A DNA stretch of 64,000 nucleotides from Candidatus Glassbacteria bacterium (lineage in GTDB: Bacteria > Gemmatimonadota > Glassbacteria > GWA2-58-10). The stretch covers positions 1,534 to 65,533 of the forward strand of contig VRUH01000019.1 of assembly GCA_019456185.1 (NCBI GenBank), in the 5' to 3' direction. The notes below the pieces were generated by a model. It saw only the letters and a list, made by a program, of their open reading frames with translations, was not told the origin of the DNA and made no database searches. Positions 47,896-56,215 of the stretch are shown piece by piece (position 1 is the stretch's first letter; each line of letters begins with the position of its first letter). A program made the position numbers and the translations under genes.

Positions 47896-48336
47896 TTATT
47901 TGATTTCGATCGCGCGTCCCTTTACCTCTTCCCGCTTGGGAAGGGTAAGCCGCAGCACGCCGTCCTTGAAGTTGGCGTCGATCTTGTCGCCCTCCACCTG
48001 GCTGTTGAGCCTGAAGGAGCGGCTGAAACTGCCGTAGCGGCGTTCGGCATGATAACTGCCTTCGTCGCTGTCGCTGAACTCGGACTTCTTCTCGGCCTCG
48101 ATCGTCAGCACGTCGCCCTCGACCTTCACCCTCAAGTCCTCTTTGCTCACGCCGGGCAGTTCGGCGGTCAGGATATAGTGGTCTTCCTTCTCGAAGACAT
48201 CCGCGTCCATCCCCCGGCCGACATTATCCGGAGTGACCCAGTCACGCATCAGTCCGAAAAACGGATCGCCGTTCCAGCAACTGCGGGTAGCCACCGGGTT
48301 GCCGGCAGCCGTCGGGTTCCATCTGACCAGTCTCAT
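47896..48336 (-). CDS. Hsp20/alpha-crystallin small heat-shock protein
   Basis: ACD motifs (DVFEKEDHYILTAELPGV...GVLTI...AIEIK). Confidence 0.85.
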   Translation of the reverse strand: MRLVRWNPTAAGNPVATRSCWNGDPFFGLMRDWVTPDNVGRGMDADVFEKEDHYILTAELPGVSKEDLRVKVEGDVLTIEAEKKSEFSDSDEGSYHAERRYGSFSRSFRLNSQVEGDKIDANFKDGVLRLTLPKREEVKGRAIEIK

Positions 48337-48420
48337 CGTAACACCTCCTGCTGATATTTAGAGAGTACTGTTAGTTATCGAGCCGTCTGCCGGCTCATCC
48401 GCTATCCGCCCACAGTAAAA

Positions 48421-48435
48421 GCAAGGGCCGTGCCA
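48421..48435 (-). promoter_or_regulatory. Sigma54-type promoter (minus strand TGGCACGGCCCTTGCT) ~85 nt upstream of hsp20
   Basis: Exact match to YTGGCACG-N4-TTGCW, read as the reverse complement of GCAAGGGCCGTGCCA. Confidence 0.4.
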
Positions 48436-48621
48436 AACCGGACCATCAACCATTATATCATTAACAGTCAATGCGTTACGCAATTTTCTTTTGGTCGGTT
48501 TAATAAAAGGTTTCGAATAAAACAAACAGCTAAAGAGCCATAATGGCAGCATTCTGCCATCTTAACTTAAGAACATGCCATATTGGCACTTCAGCTGTCT
48601 ACGAACTCCAGGCGCAATCAC

Positions 48622-48660
48622 AAAAACGGCCGCCGGAGATGAAACCGGCGGCCGTTTTTG
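48622..48660. terminator. Bidirectional rho-independent terminator after the holB-yaaT operon
   Basis: aaaaACGGCCGCCGGagatgaaaCCGGCGGCCGTttttt. Confidence 0.65.
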
Positions 48661-48683
48661 GCAGCACCAAATGATGGAATCTT

Positions 48684-49586
48684 TTATTCCTGCTTGTCCT
48701 GTTCGTTCTTGCAGTTGTCGTGCTGGTGACGGTTCCCGCTTCTGCGCGGACATTCGGTAGCGGTGGCGCTGAATTCCTCCAGTGGAACCCGCCGCTTGTA
48801 GCCTTCGCGGTTCACAAGCTCCACTTCCTCCTGGAACAGGTCGACAGCCGAGACGCGCTCCTCGCGCCCCTCGCCGGTACAAAAGAGCTTGCCCTCTTTC
48901 GGAAATTTACGCGTCTGTTTCTTGTAGAATTCCCGCTCGTACATCAGGCAGCACATCAGCCTGCCGCACAAACCCGAGATCTGGCTGGGATTGAGCGAGA
49001 GGTGCTGGTCCTTGGCCGCGCGCAGGGTAACCGGCTCGAATTCGCTAATGAAACTGGTGCAGCACAGCTTGTAGCCACAGCGTCCGCAGCCGCCCAGCCT
49101 GCGGGCCTCGTCGCGTACGCCGATCTGCTTGAGCTCGATCCTGGTGCGGAACACCGCGGCCAGGTCCTTGACCAACTGGCGGAAATCGACACGTTTGTCG
49201 GCGGTGAAATAGAAAATCACCTTGTTCCCGTCGAACTGCCATTCGGCGTCGACCAACTTCATCTCGAGACCGTGTTCAGCCACTTTTTTCTCACAGACCT
49301 CGAACGCTTCGCCCTCTTTCTCGCTCATCCGGCCGAGTTTCTCCGTTTCGTGCGGGCTGGCCATCCTGCGGATGATTCCCAGCGAGCCTTTCTTGTCCGG
49401 CATTTTGCGCCCGGCCACATCGCCTGTTTCAGTCACCTGGCCCAGGTCCTCGCCGCGATCGACCTCGACTATCACGTAATCGCCGACCTTGATTTTCAAG
49501 CCCTGGCGGTTGCGAAAATAGTCTTTTCGCTCGCGTTTGAACTGCACCTCTATAACATCCGACTGTTTATTCTCGGGTTCTTTCAC
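48684..49586 (-). CDS. PSP1 C-terminal domain protein (YaaT/RicT-like)
   Basis: PSP1 domain with Cys motifs (GGCGRCGYKLCC..., LCGRLMCCLMYE). Overlaps holB by 20 nt, as in the Firmicute holB-yaaT arrangement. Confidence 0.75.
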   Translation of the reverse strand: MKEPENKQSDVIEVQFKRERKDYFRNRQGLKIKVGDYVIVEVDRGEDLGQVTETGDVAGRKMPDKKGSLGIIRRMASPHETEKLGRMSEKEGEAFEVCEKKVAEHGLEMKLVDAEWQFDGNKVIFYFTADKRVDFRQLVKDLAAVFRTRIELKQIGVRDEARRLGGCGRCGYKLCCTSFISEFEPVTLRAAKDQHLSLNPSQISGLCGRLMCCLMYEREFYKKQTRKFPKEGKLFCTGEGREERVSAVDLFQEEVELVNREGYKRRVPLEEFSATATECPRRSGNRHQHDNCKNEQDKQE

Positions 49587-50715
49587 CGATAACCTCTCTC
49601 ATTTCGTTCAGCAGCGACCAGCCCAGCAAACGCAGGTTGACATTCCGGTTGAGGCTGTCGCCTAGGTTGACCATTCTCTCGACTAATTTAATTAAACTCC
49701 CTGAATCCGCAACCCGTTCGGCGAACCCGGCGACTGCCTTCGAATCCGGCTCCCGCGAGGCGACACAGCCAAGCAGCGCGTCGCGAAGAGAACCGGCCAG
49801 CACCGCCGCGTAGCGCTCGAAATCTCCGCGGTTATGAAACGGTCCCTTACGCTCATCCAGCAGGGCCAGCAGCGGTCCCGCGGAGCGATTCATCACCGCC
49901 TCGAACGTTCGCTCCACCCACTCGCGGTCTGACTCCAGATCTCCCTTGTCGCCCATGGCCAGGGCCGCCGGCAGGCTGCCCCCGGCAAGACGCGCGGTAC
50001 TGGCCGCGGTATCAGGCTCCATCCCGAAACGCCCGGCCAGCAGGCGCTCGACAGTCGAGAGCGCCGGACGGGTAAGCTGAAGTCGCTGGCAGCGGCTGAG
50101 GATAGTGGGCAGCAGGCTGGAGGGCCGTTCAGTGCAGAGGATGATCTTCACATCCTTCCGGGGTTCCTCCAGCAGCTTGAGAAACGCGTTGGCGGCTTCC
50201 TGGCGGAGACGGTCGGCGTGGGTGACGACAAACACCTTGCAGCGTCCCTCGTAGCAACTCCGCCCGGCCTCGGCCCTGATCCGGGCGACCGATGGCAGGT
50301 GATGCTCGGCCTTCTCGGCGAACTCGACGGCCTGCGACGGGTTCTGGCGCTTGCGGTTGAACAGCTCTTCGAGCTTGCCCGCGTCCGGAGCGCCACCGCT
50401 GTAATAGCTGCCGGGCAGGGGGAAGATCCAGAAAACATCGGGGTGGTTGAGCGAGGCCACCTTGCGGCAACTGTTGCACTCTCGGCATGCGGGGGTGTTT
50501 CCCCCGCCGGTTTCGCAGTTGAGCGAGGCCGCCAGCCAGAACGCCAGGCTGCTTTTTCCGCTGCCGTCGCCGCCGAAAAACAGCAGCGTTCCACCCAGGC
50601 GGTCGCGGGTCATCGCGCTGATCAGCATCGCAACCTGCAGGTCCTTGTCCACCAGTTCGCTCAGCCCCAGGGGGTTTATCCGTGTGGCGCTTTCAGCCAT
50701 CTGCATTCCCCGCAC
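49567..50715 (-). CDS. holB: DNA polymerase III delta-prime subunit
   Basis: Modified Walker A GGDGSGKSS. Zn module CRECNSCRKV. The motif VFVVTHAD is clamp-loader-like. Confidence 0.8.
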   Translation of the reverse strand: MRGMQMAESATRINPLGLSELVDKDLQVAMLISAMTRDRLGGTLLFFGGDGSGKSSLAFWLAASLNCETGGGNTPACRECNSCRKVASLNHPDVFWIFPLPGSYYSGGAPDAGKLEELFNRKRQNPSQAVEFAEKAEHHLPSVARIRAEAGRSCYEGRCKVFVVTHADRLRQEAANAFLKLLEEPRKDVKIILCTERPSSLLPTILSRCQRLQLTRPALSTVERLLAGRFGMEPDTAASTARLAGGSLPAALAMGDKGDLESDREWVERTFEAVMNRSAGPLLALLDERKGPFHNRGDFERYAAVLAGSLRDALLGCVASREPDSKAVAGFAERVADSGSLIKLVERMVNLGDSLNRNVNLRLLGWSLLNEMREVIGERTRE

Positions 50716-50716
50716 A

Positions 50717-51946
50717 TTATTTTTTGCCCAGCCAGGTTATCGGATTAACCGCCCTGGTGCCGTCGCGAAGCTCGAAATACAGCATCGGCCCCTGCAGGCT
50801 GCCCGTTTCGCCGACACTGGCGATCACCTGGCCCTCGCCGACAAAATCGCCCGCGTCCACGTAAACGTCACTCAAGTGGGCATAGATAGTCCACATCCGC
50901 GACCCGTGGTTGATCATTACCGTCTTCCCGTAACTCAGATACCACTCGGCCATCACCACGTTGCCCGCGGCGACAGTGTGGACTTCCTCACCGCGCGGCG
51001 CCCTGATTTCGAGGCCGTTGTTGATCACTTTCGTCTTGGTGGTCCGGTCGGTGTAGGGGCCGAACCCGCGGACAACCTCGCCGCGCGCCACCGGCCAGTT
51101 CAGCCGGCCCATCCTGCCATCCAGGTAGGCGATCTCGGGCGGCAGTGTCCGGCCCTCGCGGCGGGCGCGCTCCAGGGCCTCCTTGCGCCGGCGTTCGATC
51201 TCGGCGATCAGGGCCACTATCTGCTGACGGTCGGCCTTGCGCTGCTCGAGAATTTTCAATACCTCGGCCCGCTCCGCCTTGACCGAACCGAGGAGCTTCT
51301 GACGCTGGTTTTCGGAGCGCTCCAGGCTCGCCTGTTCCCGCTCAAGCTCGCCCCGCCGCTGAATACGAAGGGACAGCTTACGCTCGCTGGCTCCCCGGTA
51401 CTCGCCGTAGGTGCGCTGCAGCTCGCGCACCTCGCGCACCAGCCGCTTGTCCTGGGCCGCTATCAGGGTCAGGTATTTGATCCGCTTGAGAAAATCGGTA
51501 AACGAGTGACTTTCCAGCAGCACCTGCACCGAATGGAGGCGGCCGCGTTTGTAAATCTCGCGCAGCCTGCGGTCCAGAATCGACTGCTTGCGCTCCAACT
51601 GCTCGGAAAGCGACGAGAGCTGGCGGTTGATATAGTTCAGCTCGGCGTTGAGTTCGCTGATCTCGCTGTTGAGGCTTTTCAGGTTGCGCCGCGACTGGTC
51701 GATCCTGCGTTCTACATCCTGGATCTGGCGGACGAGGCTCAGTTCTCGTTTGCGCAGCTGGGCCGCCTTGCCCTCGTTAGCCTCGATCTCGCCCTCAAGC
51801 TGCTCGAGCTTACTGCGGCTGCTTTCCAGCTCCTGTTCGGCCTGACGTACTTTTTCCCGCTGGGCGGGACAGTCGCGCCAGAGCAATGCGCCCAGCAGCA
51901 GCAGCGGGAAAAGGGAGGATTTTATGAGAGTCGATGCTGTCCGCAT
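50717..51946 (-). CDS. envC: Murein hydrolase activator EnvC-like (coiled coil + M23/LytM domain)
   Basis: Signal peptide, long coiled coil, C-terminal LytM domain. Directly downstream of ftsEX. Confidence 0.8.
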   Translation of the reverse strand: MRTASTLIKSSLFPLLLLGALLWRDCPAQREKVRQAEQELESSRSKLEQLEGEIEANEGKAAQLRKRELSLVRQIQDVERRIDQSRRNLKSLNSEISELNAELNYINRQLSSLSEQLERKQSILDRRLREIYKRGRLHSVQVLLESHSFTDFLKRIKYLTLIAAQDKRLVREVRELQRTYGEYRGASERKLSLRIQRRGELEREQASLERSENQRQKLLGSVKAERAEVLKILEQRKADRQQIVALIAEIERRRKEALERARREGRTLPPEIAYLDGRMGRLNWPVARGEVVRGFGPYTDRTTKTKVINNGLEIRAPRGEEVHTVAAGNVVMAEWYLSYGKTVMINHGSRMWTIYAHLSDVYVDAGDFVGEGQVIASVGETGSLQGPMLYFELRDGTRAVNPITWLGKK

Positions 51947-51994
51947 CGTTCCGTTCGCAGTGAGAGTTGGCAGTTGAACCGTGCGCCGGCCCGG

Positions 51995-52852
51995 CTAGAT
52001 TCTGCGGAGGTATCTGCCCAGCGAGATCCAGCTCCCGATCAGCCCCATCAGCGCTCCGGCGGCCACGGTATAGAGGTAATAGCGGTCGGTGAAACTGGTG
52101 ACCTGGATCAGCCGGCGGCTGAAAACCTCGGTGAGGGCATAGATCATCCCCACCGCCAGGATTCCGCCGAGAGTGCCTTTCAGGAAACCCTCGATCAGGA
52201 ACGAGCTCCGGATGTAGCCGTTGGTGGCCCCGACAATCTTCATGATGAAGATTTCCCGGCTGCGGCTGAAAACCGCGATCTTGATCGCGCTGGAGATCAG
52301 CACAATGGCGATTATCCCGAGCAGTGTTCCGCTGATCATGCCCACGACGCTGACCGCGTGTTTGAAGATGTCCATCCTTCGCAGCCATTCACGGCCGTAA
52401 TCGACTTCCTCGACGAACGGCAGTTCCGCGGCGCGTCCGGCCACGGCCTGTACATGCAGGGTATCGCGGTAGCCGGGCTTCATCGTGATATTCAGCGAGG
52501 CCGGCACAGGGTTGGTTTCCAGGTCTCGAAGCAGGTCGCTGTCCGCGCCCAGGTCGCGGCGGAAATTCTCGAGAGCCTCTTTTTTGCTCAGGAAGCTTAC
52601 CCGGTCCACACCCTCGATCCGGCCCAGGTCCTCGACCGCCATTCCCACCCGGCCGGTGTCCGCGTTGTCACGCAGATAAACGACTATCTCGACCTTGCTT
52701 TCAAAATAGCGGATCAAGGTGTTGAGGTTAAGCAGCGCCAGGCCGAACATCCCCAGCACCAGCAGGCTGAAGCCGGTGGAAAGCACGGCGAAAAAGGACA
52801 TCGTCTTGGCCCGGCTGAATCCGAGCAGCGCCTCACGCAAGGATCGCAACAC
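51995..52852 (-). CDS. ftsX: Cell division permease FtsX
   Basis: 4-TM FtsX fold with a periplasmic loop. Adjacent to ftsE. Confidence 0.85.
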   Translation of the reverse strand: MLRSLREALLGFSRAKTMSFFAVLSTGFSLLVLGMFGLALLNLNTLIRYFESKVEIVVYLRDNADTGRVGMAVEDLGRIEGVDRVSFLSKKEALENFRRDLGADSDLLRDLETNPVPASLNITMKPGYRDTLHVQAVAGRAAELPFVEEVDYGREWLRRMDIFKHAVSVVGMISGTLLGIIAIVLISSAIKIAVFSRSREIFIMKIVGATNGYIRSSFLIEGFLKGTLGGILAVGMIYALTEVFSRRLIQVTSFTDRYYLYTVAAGALMGLIGSWISLGRYLRRI

Positions 52853-52885
52853 TTACCGCCTCCCCGACCACGAAAAAAATTACCA

Positions 52886-53611
52886 TCATCTCACCGGCTG
52901 CGCTTCCCCGCCGGCCAGCGGCGGCTCTTCCGGGGCAAACCCGCTGTTGGGGCCGTCGTAGATCAACCTGCCGCCGGAGACATGCAGCCGGCGCACCTGG
53001 TCGCGGCCCTGCAGCAGGCCGTAATCGTGGGTAGCCATCAGCACGGCCATGCCCATGGCGTTGATATCCTCGAGCCGCTTCAGAATCTCGCGGCTGATTC
53101 CCGGGTCGAGGTTACCCGTCGGCTCATCGGCGATCAGCACGAACGGCTCACCCACCAGGGCGCGGGCGATCGCTACCCGCTGCTGCTCGCCCCCCGAAAG
53201 TTCGAGAGGGAAGCGGCGTTCCTTGCCGGCCAGGCCCATCTGCTCCATCACCTCGGCAACGCGCCTGCGGACAACCGAACGCGGCGTGCCGGTAACTTCC
53301 AGGGCGTAGGCCACATTCTCGCCGGCGGTCCGGTTTTCCAGCAAGCCGAAATCCTGGAACACGATTCCGAGCTTGCGGCGGAGATAAGGGATCCTGCGGC
53401 GGGAAAGCTTGCGGGAGGAGAATTCGGCTACCCGGACCTCGCCGGAGAGCGGACGGAGATCGTGGTAGATCAGCTTGAGCAGGGTGCTTTTACCGCTCCC
53501 GCTCGGCCCGGTCAGGAAAACGAACTCGCCTTTCCGGATATGGAAATCGATACCGTCAAGCACGCGCGCGCTTTTGGCATAACCGGCCGAGACATTGTTG
53601 AATTGAATCAT
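52886..53611 (-). CDS. ftsE: Cell division ATP-binding protein FtsE
   Basis: GPSGSGKSTLLK. LSGGEQQRVAIARAL. ADEPTGNLD. Confidence 0.9.
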   Translation of the reverse strand: MIQFNNVSAGYAKSARVLDGIDFHIRKGEFVFLTGPSGSGKSTLLKLIYHDLRPLSGEVRVAEFSSRKLSRRRIPYLRRKLGIVFQDFGLLENRTAGENVAYALEVTGTPRSVVRRRVAEVMEQMGLAGKERRFPLELSGGEQQRVAIARALVGEPFVLIADEPTGNLDPGISREILKRLEDINAMGMAVLMATHDYGLLQGRDQVRRLHVSGGRLIYDGPNSGFAPEEPPLAGGEAQPVR

Positions 53612-54642
53612 CCTTTGTTCTCCAGCCGGGCCGATTTGACAGCCAGTTCCAGTGCGTGGGCCATACTGCTCTCATCGGCAATCCCGCGGCCGGCGATATC
53701 CAGGGCGGTGCCGTGGTCGGGCGAGGTGCGTACGAAGGGCAATCCCAGGGTCACATTCACTCCGCCGCCGAACGCGTGCATTTTTATCGCCACCATCGCC
53801 TGGTCGTGATACATCGCCAGGACGGCGTCGAACTCACCGCGCGCCGCCCGGACGAAAACCGTATCGGCGGGGAACGGCCCGGCCACATCGAGACCAGCGG
53901 CGCGGGCGTCTTCCACCGCCGGGGCGGTGATGCGCTGGTCCTCGTCACCCGCCACCCCGCCATCGCCCAGATGCGGATTCAGGCCGCAGACAGCGATCCT
54001 GGGGCCGGTGATCCCGAATACCGATTTCAGCCCGCGGTCGATCACCCGGCACTGACGGACAATCAACTCGCGGTCAACCAGCGAGGGGACCCGGGCCAGG
54101 GCCACGTGGGTAGTGGCCGGCACCACGCGAAGGTCTCCGCCGGCGAGCATCATCGACACATCCACGCCGCCGCTTAGCTCGGCCAGCATCTCCGTGTGGC
54201 CCGGGTAATTGTAACCGGCCAGGTTGAGCGCGTGCTTGTCCAGCGGAGCTGTCACCAGGGCGGAGGCCGCGCCGCGGCCGATCAGCTCCACCGCCAGCTC
54301 GACAGCTCGGCCCGCCCAACGCCCGGCCAGGGTTTCGTCACCGGCCAGACTTGTTCTGATCCCGGACATCGACCCCGATTCCAGCTCGGAGTCACCACCT
54401 TCGGCGATATCGACGATGTTATCCAAAGCCGTCCGCACCATCTCCGGGCAGTCTCCAGCGGGCCACAGTTCCACGGCCTGCATCCTCAGCGCCACGGCCG
54501 GACCGACAACAAGCGGGTGGAGCCTTGCCCGGAACTGATTGCGAGCGAGCGCTTTGAACAGCACCTCGGGCCCTATCCCGCGGACATCCCCGGCGGACAG
54601 GACCACGACCGGTAAATCCTGATTATCCGATGCGTTGCTCAT
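53608..54642 (-). CDS. pdxA: 4-hydroxythreonine-4-phosphate dehydrogenase
   Basis: PdxA motifs (GDVRGIGPEV...GYNYPGHTE...PDHGTA). 4-bp overlap with ftsE. Confidence 0.9.
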   Translation of the reverse strand: MSNASDNQDLPVVVLSAGDVRGIGPEVLFKALARNQFRARLHPLVVGPAVALRMQAVELWPAGDCPEMVRTALDNIVDIAEGGDSELESGSMSGIRTSLAGDETLAGRWAGRAVELAVELIGRGAASALVTAPLDKHALNLAGYNYPGHTEMLAELSGGVDVSMMLAGGDLRVVPATTHVALARVPSLVDRELIVRQCRVIDRGLKSVFGITGPRIAVCGLNPHLGDGGVAGDEDQRITAPAVEDARAAGLDVAGPFPADTVFVRAARGEFDAVLAMYHDQAMVAIKMHAFGGGVNVTLGLPFVRTSPDHGTALDIAGRGIADESSMAHALELAVKSARLENKG

Positions 54643-54659
54643 CTGTCCCAGCTCCCCGC

Positions 54660-55997
54660 TCAGGAGCTGCCGTCCAAAGGCGACCAGCCCTCGAAACGAA
54701 CGTCGATATAGGTTTTCTTGCGCAGCTGATCGACATAGGCCCTGATCCGCTTGGGATACTCCAGGCGCTCGATCACCTGGTGCTTGATGTCCTCGAAGGC
54801 CAGCGGGGCCTCTTCCTTGCGTTCCAGTTCGCAGACCATCAGCCAGCCGTGGGGCTTCATCTCGATCACAGGGGAGATGCGGTGACCGCCGCTGTCCGGC
54901 ACGGGAGTCAACTCACCCCAGAGCGCGTCGCGAAACTCGGCCGGCTCGATATTTGCGACGACCGAGAAACTGGGAGATTGGCTCATTCCCTCTTTCTGGT
55001 CGCTGTATTCCATGGCCAGTTGGTAGAAACTCTCGCCGGCCAGAATCCGTTCCCGCAGCGATTCGGTGAGATTGTACGCCCGCTGCCAGTCGTCCTCGCC
55101 GATCACGGCGGCGGCCAGGATATGCCGCGCCTTGACCTCTTTCTGGCGGCGGGCCTCGACACGGATCAGGTGCCAGCCGAACTTGGTCTGCACCATCCGC
55201 ACGTCGCCCACCTTCATGCTGAACGCCGCACCCTCGAATTCTTCCACCATCTCGCCGCGGCTAAAAAACCCCAGATCGCCGCCGGACGAGGCACTGGGTC
55301 CATCGGAGTTATGCTCGGCCAGCCAGGCGAAATCCACCTGCCTCTCCAGAAAGACCCTGTACAGGGAATCGATCCTGGCCTTGGCCCGCAAGACTTCGGC
55401 CTCGCCGGGTTCTGGCGGCACGATCAGATACTGGAACTTGACCTGTTCCGGGCTGTTGCCCATCGGCTGCTGCTCGAACAGCTCGCGGGCCTCGTCCTCG
55501 GTAATTTTGACCTGGGGAAGTTCGTGGCTGTGCTCCTGAAGGTATTTCTGGCGCAGGAGTTCCTCGGTGGCCTGCTGACGGTACATCTCTTTGAGTCCGA
55601 CCATGGTCTGGCCGACAGCAGCCAGGTCGCGCTGAAAGGCGGCATCGGATGAATAGCGGCTGCGAAGTTCGCCCAGGTGGCTTTCCACCAACCGGTTCAC
55701 TTCGTCGTTGGTGACTTCGATCTTGGCCGCGCGGGCGTGATGGAGCAGCACGTTTTCGGAGATTTCCTTCTCCATCACTTCCAGGGACAGCAGCCTCATC
55801 GCGGTCGTATCGTTGACATCGACCCCCCGCTGCTGGGCGGTCGTGATCGTGAGCATCTTAATTTCGCTCGAAAGGATGATCTCGCTGCCCACCACCGCGG
55901 CGATATCATCGAGTACCAGTCTGCCGCTGCCATCGCGCTGCTGGGCGGCGGCAGACCCGGCGGCGAGCAGCAGGGCAAGGATCAATCTGACTGTCAT
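54660..55997 (-). CDS. surA: Periplasmic chaperone/peptidyl-prolyl isomerase SurA-like
   Basis: Signal peptide. SurA N-domain. PpiC-type parvulin domain (GGDLGFFSRGEMVEEFE...GWHLI). Confidence 0.8.
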   Translation of the reverse strand: MTVRLILALLLAAGSAAAQQRDGSGRLVLDDIAAVVGSEIILSSEIKMLTITTAQQRGVDVNDTTAMRLLSLEVMEKEISENVLLHHARAAKIEVTNDEVNRLVESHLGELRSRYSSDAAFQRDLAAVGQTMVGLKEMYRQQATEELLRQKYLQEHSHELPQVKITEDEARELFEQQPMGNSPEQVKFQYLIVPPEPGEAEVLRAKARIDSLYRVFLERQVDFAWLAEHNSDGPSASSGGDLGFFSRGEMVEEFEGAAFSMKVGDVRMVQTKFGWHLIRVEARRQKEVKARHILAAAVIGEDDWQRAYNLTESLRERILAGESFYQLAMEYSDQKEGMSQSPSFSVVANIEPAEFRDALWGELTPVPDSGGHRISPVIEMKPHGWLMVCELERKEEAPLAFEDIKHQVIERLEYPKRIRAYVDQLRKKTYIDVRFEGWSPLDGSS

Positions 55998-56170
55998 CGG
56001 TTACACCTCTTTCGGGCAGCGATTCTTTTTTATCGGCGTAGGTTAGAAAAAAAGTACGCGTAAATTGTGCTACCGTTTAGTATCCCCTGCGGGGAAAAAT
56101 GTTCGCATCCGGTGAGCGCAGGCCGAACCGCGGATGGCACGGCTATCCTGCTGTCCTGTCGTAAATTGAA

Positions 56171-56199
56171 AATATAACGAGCGTGGGCGGGAGTGTCAA
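56171..56199 (-). promoter_or_regulatory. Near-consensus sigma70 promoter (TTGACA-17-TATATT) for the surA-pdxA operon
   Basis: Reverse complement of AATATAacgagcgtgggcgggagTGTCAA. Confidence 0.4.
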
Positions 56200-56215
56200 T
56201 CCGCTCCCTGGGATA

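Noticed and set aside
50447-53809. 1120-aa plus-strand ORF, and similar long ORFs at 12695..14698(-), 14726..16096(-), 56183..58810(+), 27775..29541(+), 19169..20659(-), 60625..61812(+), 41125..42387(+), 36182..37357(+)
   Set aside because: All lie antisense to, or out of frame with, well-supported genes (ftsEX-envC-pdxA, the spermidine-synthase fusion, the heparinase-like gene and others). Their translations are Arg/Ala/Gly/Pro-rich low-complexity strings typical of stop-codon-poor frames in high-GC DNA.
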